Origin: a virus
Lineage: Duplodnaviria > Caudoviricetes
Length of the DNA: 26,279 nt
IMG/VR virus record: IMGVR_UViG_3300012178_000018
Location: 1-26,279 of that record
Direction: 5' to 3' (one strand)
The notes beneath the pieces are model-generated. The model saw nothing but the letters and a program-made list of their open reading frames with translations. It ran no database searches and was not told where the DNA came from. The number at the start of each line of letters is the position of its first letter. Position 1 is the stretch's first letter. This document shows positions 9,801 to 17,891 of this stretch, in pieces. The translations under genes and the position numbers were made by a program.

Positions 9801-10059
9801 TAATCAATATAATTCATTCTTTCAGAGGTTTGTTGATCAATTGTTACCAGCTACAATAATTTTAAATAAAAGTGGAATTTTAATTAGGAATACTGCATTT
9901 ACTAGACAAAAATTTAGATATCCTAGAGGCGTTAATTTTGATGAAGGACTACAATGGATTGGTACTGATGGTGCTGAATATACTAGAAGTCTACCTGATT
10001 TAGATTACAGGTGGTCTGATGATTTTATATGTATTGGTGATCCAAGTGCTGATCTATAA
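6862..10059 (+). CDS. large baseplate wedge/tail protein, P2 gpI / T4 gp7-like, with three internal beta repeats
   Basis: IPDRLVKNLAETMGW...YYWKSKGTRNAIKSIFRLIG is the Y-x-x-K-G-T-x-x-[AS]-I helix motif of gpI/gp7-type proteins; repeats FNGITL..DYDY, VDGKTM..DYIL, VNGITL..KDFNL..GDIISAYY. Confidence 0.7.
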   Translation: MSRVKIINGRQDSDLIGGNFTNSASQTVFRLGRFSVESNFTGRRERDYSNELTSFATPITLESLNLTNEDSEMLLNFTNNVKLNLDYSDIKGFARFGSAGEIMRVSLRNIIDKYPASLYVSNQIDVGGNVTAIDYNFDPIDNSSTFRIPTSYVNNSFDIVFDKGNISVPNDNELRNLNLSSNRYIIWRKSANNDFSHEVVGFTGDSQSNPYIKIKVTGNVFDGLSGSTVVTNSFHLRPKIVEYNKFLSKLSDFEKYIIDNRKADSSGFDFIIKNPSIGETGEINYDDELFTWTTFDGYNPDIGTGLFNIFSDALIALGEKYDEVKSDLVARLLTPSSLKLYDTTQDGRMTKLLRVYGREFDEIKTFIDSLVNINKTSYDKIDNIPDRLVKNLAETMGWDVFSITEESDIVNAFFSTEIIQSHDNLLPAEIDIELWRRILINTNYYWKSKGTRNAIKSIFRLIGIPEPFVNITEYVYTVDGKINPDNVTLELEDLPSASLPYNSQGFPIAPAENNNFYFQLSGNTDGGQAYINLYRNLGFNVNRVVDNKKSWVEDGRVDRVHYSSPNYYQVDSKLIINTKEVDATLDASRGIEYDVFCYNQEVDDPITSSAITRPYIYVNVELDIDDPFTFQLPDIPLSGSAVLMSFNGITLAPPTGVTGGQDYDYEYVINVDNKITAVKINPNIPASASTSGKDVISVSYISDEFYSNFNGGTVTGYTSVNYVIDRPQVNVDGSILTFPSGVNAKGDIQLIVDGKTMTKGTSLFTGDYILDNSGAETKVIVQNTDLKMYLANGGVVRTTYITDDGETNATKKSEAHRVDSLNSNKIFFNGGINRYVYIMNYAAFDVNAIKITVNGITLTNGKDFNLNPANKRQIYLPAGVKLGDIISAYYIIDDGSIAPPLLPSDDTFPDIQDMSFLEYLELIQRRLINARTRKTVSDNKGGFYPTVVSIYDNYIRRSFLSDNDPLQSNGYTIKNLYPFLNQYNSFFQRFVDQLLPATIILNKSGILIRNTAFTRQKFRYPRGVNFDEGLQWIGTDGAEYTRSLPDLDYRWSDDFICIGDPSADL

Positions 10060-10083
10060 ATAGATAATTAATATAATAAAAAA

Positions 10084-10899
10084 ATGGGAATAGCTAGAAA
10101 ATATATATTAGAAGTTAGTGGAACACAACCAAATGGAGCTACAGTCAATACTGATGTTGAAGAATTTAATCTATTAGATAGTTTTAATGGTGTGGTTGCC
10201 AATAATGTTTCAGTTCAATATGAAACAATCACTATAGAACAATTGGGTTTATTATCTGATAGTGAGTATCTTCTCAGAGTTCAAGATTTCTTGTATTTAA
10301 TTAACATTCAAAAAGATGGTGTTTATAACTCATTAGTGGATCGAGCCATCTTTAATTCAATTCAATGTAATGAGGTATCTATTCCTACTACTACAGTAAA
10401 TAGTACAACTACGACTACTACGACCACAACTACTACGACCACAACAACTGCACCAACTACTACAACGACTGCAACAACTTCAACAGTAGCACCTAATACT
10501 ACGTTTGGAACTAGACCACCTGAACCAGAACCTGCATGTATATCAACATTAACAACTTCAACTGGAGTATTAACAACAGCCCTTGGTGCAGTAACAATGT
10601 CATATGGTGGTGTTATTATTTTAGATAATTTAGGTATTGATCCAAATGACTATCAAATTGTTGCAGCTCTCGAAATTACTGAAGGTATTAATGCAGGTGA
10701 AATATCATTTATAGGTTCACAATATGTAGCTAGTAATAATTGGATTGAATTTGATGTTAATTCTAGTGAAGGTGACGTAGAAGCATTAATTTTAGTTGAT
10801 TTTATACCTATAACTAATATTGCACCAAGTAATTGTATTGAAGAAAGAATAGAAATTCCAATACAAATTTCCTCTGATAGTGGTGGTGGTTTCTCTTAA
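10084..10899 (+). CDS. putative virion protein with mucin-like poly-Thr linker (271 aa)
   Basis: PTTTVNS-T15-APTTTTTATTSTVAPNTT between two apparent domains; structural-module context. Confidence 0.75.
   Translation: MGIARKYILEVSGTQPNGATVNTDVEEFNLLDSFNGVVANNVSVQYETITIEQLGLLSDSEYLLRVQDFLYLINIQKDGVYNSLVDRAIFNSIQCNEVSIPTTTVNSTTTTTTTTTTTTTTTAPTTTTTATTSTVAPNTTFGTRPPEPEPACISTLTTSTGVLTTALGAVTMSYGGVIILDNLGIDPNDYQIVAALEITEGINAGEISFIGSQYVASNNWIEFDVNSSEGDVEALILVDFIPITNIAPSNCIEERIEIPIQISSDSGGGFS
10384..10503 (+). repeat. low-complexity ACN (Thr) codon tract
   Basis: 15 consecutive Thr codons at 10405-10449 using all four ACN codons, plus flanking Thr/Pro/Ala. Confidence 0.9.
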
Positions 10900-11015
10900 A
10901 AAATTTAAAGTAATTGACGATAGTTTCCTTTTTTAATATAAGAGAGTGTAAAAGTGATGAATTACTTTTGTGTGAGTAGGCTGTTCACTGATGTTTTAAA
11001 AATAAGTTATTAAAA

Positions 11016-11061
11016 GTATTTATAAATATTATATCTTTTTCACAAAGACATAGTATTTATA
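11016..11061 (+). promoter_or_regulatory. tandem GTATTTATA motifs (11016-11024, 11053-11061)
   Basis: Two exact copies upstream of ATG 11083; the first lies within the palindrome TATTTATAAATA (11017-11028). Confidence 0.6.
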
Positions 11062-11082
11062 ATTAATTATAAAATTTTATAA

Positions 11083-12768
11083 ATGGGATTTATTGTAAAA
11101 TTAAAAAAGGGTATACTGCGACCAGCTCCAACTACCACAACGAGTAATGAAATAACTCTATCAGAAAATGCATTGACTTTTATTGCATTTGGTGGGGTTG
11201 ATAATAATTTGTTTGGTATTGGTGAAAGATCATTGGGTCGTATTAATAGAGGTAGTGGTGTTATTAATGCTGGACAAGTACAATTTCAACTAAATAATAC
11301 AGATGTCTTTGTTATAGATAATAATGACAATACTTACAATATTACAATTGATTTTAGTGTAACAGCTACTAACGGAAGAAATGAAATTAGAAGTGTAGTA
11401 AATCCAACACTATTAATTGATTTAAGATTGGCTTTAGATAATTTAACAAGAATGTTATCATCATTTACACCTGTAGGTGCTAGTAAACGTGTTGGAATTA
11501 TTAGTAAAAATAGTATTGGAGTTACTTATGATGATGTTGATATTCCTGCTAATAGTACTCATGAATTTATAGCACAAGGAAGTCTAGAAGTAAGTATAAT
11601 TAATGGTGTAACACCTATATTGGTCAGACAAAGCTTTGATGATGTTCAATTATCAACAGTATCTTCTAGAATTCAAAGGTTTGGTATTTCAAATAGTCAA
11701 CTTGCAATTAATCAAAGATTCATTTTTGGAAATAAAACTAATTTCATCACAAATCAAGTAATATTTGAAGCAGGTGATTCATCAAGAACACTCGAATACA
11801 CCAATACTTTGTTTGATTCAGTTGGTGAAGTATATAGTGGTGGTATTACATTAGAATATGACGATTCATTAACACCATTATATTATTTTGACCAAGGGTC
11901 TGATACATTAGTTAAAGCAAGTGCACTATCTGTTACAACTACTGCACCACCGACCACTGCACCACCAACCACTGCACCACCGACCACTGCACCACCGAGT
12001 GAACCAGTTATTTTCTTTAGTCAAATACCAAGTGACAATGGTATTGCTAATATAGAAATAACATTTACCGAATTTACTGTTTTTATGGTAAACGATGTTT
12101 CATCTGGTATGGAATATAGAATTCGACTAGAGACAAGTAGTCTGGTTAATGCCACTTCAATAGGAATTCAAAATTTTGTTGATAGTCAAAATGTAACAAT
12201 AAAAACAACATATACTGATGGTGATTTATTAACTAGAGATAATATTAGTAATAGTACAGTGTTATATACTTATGATTTAATAATTGATGAGATAGATAAT
12301 TCTTTAACAGCTACTGGTACTGTGGAATTAGTTATTGAAACAAATATTAACGGTACTTTCCAAGAAACAGATAGAATAAGTTATACTGCCACTAAATTTG
12401 GGATTAGAGAAATCATAACTAGATGTCCTGATAACAATAGTGTATCAGTAAGTATAGTTGAAGGATTCAGTTCAGTAGAAGGTGTCACTATAAATTATGG
12501 TGTTTTAGTCACAGTAAGTAACCTTATTAATTTGGATCAATATGAAGTAACCGCAGGTATTTTACCTACAGTAGGTGGTGGTGGATTATCACTAATTAGT
12601 ATAGATCAAATAGGTGATACTAATAACTTTCAAATTGAAGTAAGTACTGGTAATGTGGATTCTGAAGTGCAAGTGAGATTTACCCCTAGATTTAATGCTC
12701 CTGATGAATGTGAAACTTATACTGCAATTGTAGGTGGTTTACAGTCAAATATTGGTGGTAGTTTTTAA
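11083..12768 (+). CDS. putative virion protein, beta-rich, with (TTAPP)4 linker (561 aa)
   Basis: N-terminal PAPTTTTS, central VTTTAPPTTAPPTTAPPTTAPPS; C-terminal domain resembles that of 10084-10899. Confidence 0.75.
   Translation: MGFIVKLKKGILRPAPTTTTSNEITLSENALTFIAFGGVDNNLFGIGERSLGRINRGSGVINAGQVQFQLNNTDVFVIDNNDNTYNITIDFSVTATNGRNEIRSVVNPTLLIDLRLALDNLTRMLSSFTPVGASKRVGIISKNSIGVTYDDVDIPANSTHEFIAQGSLEVSIINGVTPILVRQSFDDVQLSTVSSRIQRFGISNSQLAINQRFIFGNKTNFITNQVIFEAGDSSRTLEYTNTLFDSVGEVYSGGITLEYDDSLTPLYYFDQGSDTLVKASALSVTTTAPPTTAPPTTAPPTTAPPSEPVIFFSQIPSDNGIANIEITFTEFTVFMVNDVSSGMEYRIRLETSSLVNATSIGIQNFVDSQNVTIKTTYTDGDLLTRDNISNSTVLYTYDLIIDEIDNSLTATGTVELVIETNINGTFQETDRISYTATKFGIREIITRCPDNNSVSVSIVEGFSSVEGVTINYGVLVTVSNLINLDQYEVTAGILPTVGGGGLSLISIDQIGDTNNFQIEVSTGNVDSEVQVRFTPRFNAPDECETYTAIVGGLQSNIGGSF
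11938..11997 (+). repeat. 4 x 15-bp coding tandem repeat (TTAPP)
   Basis: AC[TC]ACTGCACCACC[GA] four times head to tail. Confidence 0.95.
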
Positions 12769-12785
12769 GTTTAAATATGTAATAT

Positions 12786-13706
12786 ATGAAATATATTGTA
12801 GCAACAAGTGATAATAAATATTATAGATGGCAAATGTTAGTCCAAATTCATAACTTTAAAGAAATGGGTATGTTGGATGATTTAATATATGTCGTTGCTA
12901 AAACAAATAAAAGAAAAAGTAAATATCTAGGATATATCGAAAAAGAAACTGGTGTTGAAATACATACATTTAATGACGATAGAAAATCAACTTCATATAG
13001 TCCATCAGTAACAGCACACGTCATGAAAAAGTTTTTAAGAATGTATCCAGAACAAGGTGATGTTTTTTTCTATCTAGACCCAGATGTTCTATTTTCTGAA
13101 AAACCAGAATTTAATGGCTCTATTATTAATAATGATGTGTGGTATATAAGTGATACCAAATCATATTTAGATTCTAAATACATCAAAAGCAAAAGTAATG
13201 AATTATTTAAGGAAATGTGTGATATTGTAGGTATTTCATCTGATATTGTAGAAGCTAATGATAGAGAAGCTGGTGGTGCTCAATATATTATCAAAAATAC
13301 CGATTATAAATTTTGGAATAAGGTTGAGGAAGATAGTGAAAAATTATATACACATATGGATAAAACGAGTGATAAATACAATCCTAAATTCCCAATACAA
13401 AAATGGACTGCTGAAATGTGGGCTGTATTATGGAATGCTTGGTATTTTGGACATAGAACTAAAATATGGAATGAACTAAGTTTCAATTGGGCTACAACTG
13501 AGATAGATAGGTTAAATGACCATAAAATTTTTCATAATGCAGGTGTATTTGATCAGGAGGATTTATTCAATAAGGTAAAATTTACCAATAAAAATCCTTT
13601 CGATGGTAAATATGATCATGTTAGTGAAAAATATTGCAGTAAATACTATGTAGATAATATACTTGATACATCTGATAATTATAGTAAATTAGTAAATAAA
13701 TTATAA
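12786..13706 (+). CDS. putative protein O-glycosyltransferase, GT-A fold, resembling GT95 (HPAT) / GT96 (peptidyl-serine galactosyltransferase)
   Basis: YYRWQ near the N-terminus, FFYLDPDVLF (DxD), GGAQYII, KWTAEMWAVLWNA and late FHNAG, in the same order as the Y-x-x-W-Q, [DE]PD, W-x-x-E-M and late His motifs of GT95/GT96. Confidence 0.7.
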   Translation: MKYIVATSDNKYYRWQMLVQIHNFKEMGMLDDLIYVVAKTNKRKSKYLGYIEKETGVEIHTFNDDRKSTSYSPSVTAHVMKKFLRMYPEQGDVFFYLDPDVLFSEKPEFNGSIINNDVWYISDTKSYLDSKYIKSKSNELFKEMCDIVGISSDIVEANDREAGGAQYIIKNTDYKFWNKVEEDSEKLYTHMDKTSDKYNPKFPIQKWTAEMWAVLWNAWYFGHRTKIWNELSFNWATTEIDRLNDHKIFHNAGVFDQEDLFNKVKFTNKNPFDGKYDHVSEKYCSKYYVDNILDTSDNYSKLVNKL

Positions 13707-13707
13707 A

Positions 13708-13716
13708 GTATTTATA
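13708..13716 (+). promoter_or_regulatory. GTATTTATA motif, putative late promoter
   Basis: 13 nt before ATG 13730. Confidence 0.65.
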
Positions 13717-13729
13717 TGAAAATTGAACT

Positions 13730-15076
13730 ATGTCATTTATAATAGACCAAACTGTATTATACATAAAACTAACCAATGCTGGTCGTGATCTTCTATCTAG
13801 AGGTGAACTTAAATTTAATAAATTTGCTATTGGTGATAGTGAAATTGATTATAATTTCATTAGAAACAATCCTAATGTCGATCCTGATGATGCTTCGGTG
13901 CTAAGACCAAATGACAATGAACCTAGAGTAACAAGTTTTATTTTAAGATCACCTTCGGCAGAAACATTAAATACTATAGAACAACCAGTTAATACTATAT
14001 TAACATTAAAAAGTAAAAACATTGAATCTAAAGGCATTTTTAATAATAACAATGAGTTTAATAGCGATGAACAACACGTAAAAGAAGCAAACGTTACAGT
14101 AGATAATGCAACAGTAAACGGTGGTAAGCAATTAATATTAAATACAGGTGCTACCTATATTGTAGGTAGACCTAAACCAGTTGAAGGTGATTATTTATTT
14201 ATAAGATGGTCTAACCCTGATTATACTGGTAATTTGAATGATAATTTGGAAGGTGGTAACAGCATTATTCAATTAACATATAAGATCATATCAATTATCA
14301 ATGGTGATTTAGACGATGGTAGTTTAGAAGTAATTGTTGATAGGAACTTACCTAATTTCAATGGAGATACTGGTAGCAGTAGGGTATTAATATATCCAAA
14401 TAATAATGACAGAGATACTTTAGGGGATTCAATACAAACATATTATGGTGCACCATTTGTAAGTGATTTTGTTAGTGAACAGGTGTTAACATTCCAAGAA
14501 AACTTCACAAGACCAACTATAGAAGTACCTGTGTGGAATATGAGTATTGTTCATAGTAGAGAAATAGCTGGAGTACAAAAGGGTTATGAAAAATTCAGTC
14601 AATTACCAACTAGAGGTTTTGTCGGTTTTGTAAACTATATTGAAAGATTAGAACCCATAGTTGAAAATATAGGTATAATACACTATACTAACTTATCACC
14701 TGCTCATGATTATGGTGAAGAGTTATTCTATCTTGAAGATGATAGTGAAAAACTACCAAGACTTACAATACCTCATGTCATGTGGTATAATAATACACTA
14801 AGTGGTGATACATTAGAATTAACATCAAAATATTCAAGTTTAGATGAATACCCCGATTTAAATATACCATATTTTGATCTAGTAGATAATGGTGAGGAAG
14901 AAATGGTTGTGGGTAAGGTATTTCCAACATTAAAAATATTTGTGATTGAAGACCAAGAGTTATTAGCTGCTTTAACATATAAGTCAAATCGTAACTGGAC
15001 ACTACCACCTGCAAGCGTGGCATTTAATTTAGAACCATGTGCACCAGTTACTACTACAACTACGGATGAGGTATAG
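13730..15076 (+). CDS. putative tail/baseplate (tail-collar fibre-like N-terminus) protein, paralogue 1 (448 aa)
   Basis: KLTNAGRDLLSRG..KFAIGDS resembles the LT-x-x-G...A[VI]GD start of P2 gpH/DUF3751-type fibre attachment domains; ends CAPVTTTTTDEV. Confidence 0.6.
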   Translation: MSFIIDQTVLYIKLTNAGRDLLSRGELKFNKFAIGDSEIDYNFIRNNPNVDPDDASVLRPNDNEPRVTSFILRSPSAETLNTIEQPVNTILTLKSKNIESKGIFNNNNEFNSDEQHVKEANVTVDNATVNGGKQLILNTGATYIVGRPKPVEGDYLFIRWSNPDYTGNLNDNLEGGNSIIQLTYKIISIINGDLDDGSLEVIVDRNLPNFNGDTGSSRVLIYPNNNDRDTLGDSIQTYYGAPFVSDFVSEQVLTFQENFTRPTIEVPVWNMSIVHSREIAGVQKGYEKFSQLPTRGFVGFVNYIERLEPIVENIGIIHYTNLSPAHDYGEELFYLEDDSEKLPRLTIPHVMWYNNTLSGDTLELTSKYSSLDEYPDLNIPYFDLVDNGEEEMVVGKVFPTLKIFVIEDQELLAALTYKSNRNWTLPPASVAFNLEPCAPVTTTTTDEV

Positions 15077-15104
15077 AACAACAATTTTAAAATAACAATA
15101 GTTA

Positions 15105-15113
15105 GTATTTAAT
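15105..15113 (+). promoter_or_regulatory. GTATTTAAT variant of the late-promoter-like motif
   Basis: 7 nt before ATG 15121. Confidence 0.45.
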
Positions 15114-15120
15114 AATAAAG

Positions 15121-16467
15121 ATGTCATTTATAATAGACCAAACTGTATTATCAATTAAATTAACCAATGCTGGTCGTGACCTAATGGCTAAAGGTGAACT
15201 AAATTTTAGTAAATTTGCTATTGGTGATAGTGAAATTAATTATAATTTTATTAGAGAAAACCCAGATTTTAATCCAGAAGATACTACATTATTAAGACCA
15301 TTTTCAGATGATCCTGATATAACTAGTTTTATACTTAAAAGACCTACAGAAGAAAGTATAAATGATTTAAGAACACCAATTGATAATGAAGTAACAACAG
15401 TAAGTAATACCATACAACCTAGAGGTGTATATGACATTACTAATAATACATATTTTAACGATCCACTACATGTCAAACAATCAAGTGCTGCTATTGATAA
15501 TTCAACAGTTTCTGGTGATAAAGAATTAACTTTAATCCAAGCAGATGACTATGGTAGTAATGGTAACGAACCAGTAGCAGGGGATTATTTATTTATAAAA
15601 TGGTCAAGTCCTGAATATACAGGTGAAACTGCTAGTAATTTAGAAGGTACAAATAACATAGTCCAATTAACATATAAAATAATAACCGTTAATAGTGGTA
15701 CATTAGCAGGTGATAATTTAAATGTTACTCTTGATAGAGATTTACCTGATTTTAATGGTAATGGAGTTGGTACTTCTAGAGTATTAATATACCCAAATAA
15801 TAATAATGTATTTACCGAAGGTGATGCAGTGCAAAGTTTTTATGGTGAAGGTAATACAATTGATTTTCTATTTTCTTTTTATGAGAATTATGATACTCCA
15901 ACAATTAAAATACCTGTTTGGAATATGGTAATTATACATGGTAGTGAAATTGAAGGTGTACAGAGTACGGACAAAAAATTCAGTGAATTACCAAGTAATG
16001 ATTTTGTTGGTTTTATACAATATATAGAAAGATTAGACCCTTTATATGAAAATATAGGTGTAATACATTATACTAATTTATCCCCTGCAAATATTTACGG
16101 TGAGGGTTTTTGGTTTGAAGAAGATATTGATAGTAGATTACCAAAACTTACTATACCTCATGTTATGTGGTATAATAACACATTATCAACCGATAGATTA
16201 GAAATTAGAACGGATTTTTCTAGTGAGGGTATCTATCCTGATCTAGAAACTAGATATTTTAATTTAATAGATAATGGTGAAACACCCATTGTCGTAGGTA
16301 AAGTATTTCCAGCGTTAAAGTTATTTGTGATTGAAGACCAAGAGTTATTAGCTGCTCTATCATATAAATCAAACCGTAATTGGACATTACCATCTGCTAG
16401 TGCTAACTTTAATTTTACATTATGTGAACCAGTTACAACTACCACAACAACTGGAACAACAATATAA
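15121..16467 (+). CDS. putative tail/baseplate protein, paralogue 2 (448 aa)
   Basis: Colinear with 13730-15076 over its full length (first 31 nt identical; shared GDYLFI.WS.P.YTG, IPHVMWYNNTLS, FVIEDQELLAAL.YKSNRNWTLP); ends CEPVTTTTTTGTTI. Confidence 0.65.
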   Translation: MSFIIDQTVLSIKLTNAGRDLMAKGELNFSKFAIGDSEINYNFIRENPDFNPEDTTLLRPFSDDPDITSFILKRPTEESINDLRTPIDNEVTTVSNTIQPRGVYDITNNTYFNDPLHVKQSSAAIDNSTVSGDKELTLIQADDYGSNGNEPVAGDYLFIKWSSPEYTGETASNLEGTNNIVQLTYKIITVNSGTLAGDNLNVTLDRDLPDFNGNGVGTSRVLIYPNNNNVFTEGDAVQSFYGEGNTIDFLFSFYENYDTPTIKIPVWNMVIIHGSEIEGVQSTDKKFSELPSNDFVGFIQYIERLDPLYENIGVIHYTNLSPANIYGEGFWFEEDIDSRLPKLTIPHVMWYNNTLSTDRLEIRTDFSSEGIYPDLETRYFNLIDNGETPIVVGKVFPALKLFVIEDQELLAALSYKSNRNWTLPSASANFNFTLCEPVTTTTTTGTTI

Positions 16468-16477
16468 TAAATGTTCT

Positions 16478-16486
16478 GTATTTATA
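16478..16486 (+). promoter_or_regulatory. GTATTTATA motif, putative late promoter
   Basis: 15 nt before ATG 16502; supports that start. Confidence 0.65.
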
Positions 16487-16501
16487 ATAAAACCAATTAA
16501 A

Positions 16502-17248
16502 ATGGCAACAGGAAAAACAATATTTATAACATATCAATTTGAAAACGAACCTTATTCAACATCAACAGATTATGGGTTTAGTACTGCATTACATTGTAGA
16601 TATATAAAAAGATTAACAACTGATGTTCTTACTGCAAAAAAAGTAGGAATATATTTTGATGCTGAGACTGATTTTCCATTTATGGCTAACCAATCAATGA
16701 CTAATGGAGAAGGATTTACAGCCACAAAGTTTAATGTTTTAATACAAGTACAAGACGGTATAACAGATAACAATGTAAATATAAAACCAGACTCTAATGA
16801 ATGGAGAAAATATGATGTAACCGATCAGATTTTAAATCATACTGTTGGTGATAGAATTAATCCAGAAGATTTAGTTGCATCGACTTATAGTGTTGACATT
16901 AGTAATGAAACTCTTGGTGATATATATGATTTAGATTATTTGAATTACCCAACACAAAGTCAAGAAACCAATGAAAATTTATCATTCGGTGAAGAAAGTA
17001 TTTTCTTCGGTACAGTCAGTACAGATATTGTTGCCAGAGTATACTCAACTGATATACCAATTAATTTACAGTTAGGTGAATTCAATACTAGCACTAATCC
17101 AACTTGGAATGGTAGTGAGCCTGTATACATAACAGAGGTGGCAATATATGATGATAACGGTATTCAAGTTGCAAAAGGAAAACTTAATTTCCCAATAAAA
17201 AAAGATAATAATGTTGCACGTAGCATAGTTTTTGGTGTAGATTTTTAA
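16502..17248 (+). CDS. putative tail/baseplate protein (248 aa; start revised from 16400)
   Basis: ATG 16502 follows the motif and an A-rich leader; C-terminal YITEVAIYDDNGIQVAKGKLNFPIKK resembles the I-x-E-x-[GA]-[LI]-Y-D-x-x-G end of DUF3751-type domains. Confidence 0.7.
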   Translation: MATGKTIFITYQFENEPYSTSTDYGFSTALHCRYIKRLTTDVLTAKKVGIYFDAETDFPFMANQSMTNGEGFTATKFNVLIQVQDGITDNNVNIKPDSNEWRKYDVTDQILNHTVGDRINPEDLVASTYSVDISNETLGDIYDLDYLNYPTQSQETNENLSFGEESIFFGTVSTDIVARVYSTDIPINLQLGEFNTSTNPTWNGSEPVYITEVAIYDDNGIQVAKGKLNFPIKKDNNVARSIVFGVDF

Positions 17249-17250
17249 TT

Positions 17251-17829
17251 ATGAGCAAATTTAAATTATATTCACTTACCCTATTGATAATATTTTTAGT
17301 ATTGGGAGGATTTTGTGGTATATTTTTCTTTAAAAAACAAGAATCTATAATTGAGAGATTAGAAAATTTTGAATCTAAATCACCTGAATATATTATTATT
17401 GAAAATAATACATTCTATCCAATTAATAACACAGTAAAAATGATTGTTAGTGATATATTAAAATATGATCAAATAACGATTATTATAAATGAACTACCTG
17501 AAGGGATAAATAGAAACGTAGGTAATAACCTTAGATTACGTGCTCTAATCTATCCTAACCTATATTATGATCATACATATCTAATATTATTAGCTCCAGA
17601 TATCGAACCAGAAAATATTAATAGTGTGTTATTGCATGAAGCAGGACATATTATACAATATGAATCTGGTGATTTAGAAATTTTGGATACAAGACATAAT
17701 ATCTATAAATATAAAAATGACACTATCATTGCTGGTTTAGTTAAGTACAATGATAGACAATTCGAAAAAGATGCCAATCTTTTTGAAAAAGTAAATGGAG
17801 TCTTATTAGACTCACTCCTTTGCAAATAA
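17251..17829 (+). CDS. membrane-anchored putative zinc metallopeptidase
   Basis: N-terminal hydrophobic helix (LYSLTLLIIFLVLGGFCGIFFF), LLHEAGHIIQ (HExxH) and downstream FEKDA. Confidence 0.65.
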   Translation: MSKFKLYSLTLLIIFLVLGGFCGIFFFKKQESIIERLENFESKSPEYIIIENNTFYPINNTVKMIVSDILKYDQITIIINELPEGINRNVGNNLRLRALIYPNLYYDHTYLILLAPDIEPENINSVLLHEAGHIIQYESGDLEILDTRHNIYKYKNDTIIAGLVKYNDRQFEKDANLFEKVNGVLLDSLLCK

Positions 17830-17859
17830 ATTTATAAAAGTCAAGTATTTTATAAATTT
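17828..17859. repeat. 12-bp AT-only inverted repeat followed by T tracts
   Basis: AAATTTATAAAA (17828-17839) / TTTTATAAATTT (17848-17859), 8-nt spacer; weak terminator or operator. Confidence 0.5.
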
Positions 17860-17882
17860 TTATTCTTTTTTTTATTTTTTTA

Positions 17883-17891
17883 GTATTTATT
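17883..17891 (+). promoter_or_regulatory. GTATTTATT variant of the late-promoter-like motif
   Basis: 31 nt before ATG 17923. Confidence 0.45.

Noticed and set aside
10900-11082. tRNA or known ncRNA in the intergenic gap
   Set aside because: No cloverleaf, T-loop or other recognisable family features by eye.
11938-11997. 15-bp repeats as a CRISPR array
   Set aside because: Head-to-tail with no spacers and in frame within a CDS (TTAPP).
106-16486. Reading the motif as T4-type TATAAATA promoters firing on the minus strand
   Set aside because: No minus-strand genes lie downstream of these sites, and the spacing is consistent relative to + strand starts. Antisense initiation cannot be formally excluded without TSS data.
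16400-16501. ORF-track start at GTG 16400
   Set aside because: Overlaps the previous gene by 68 nt; ATG 16502 follows the GTATTTATA motif and an A-rich leader.
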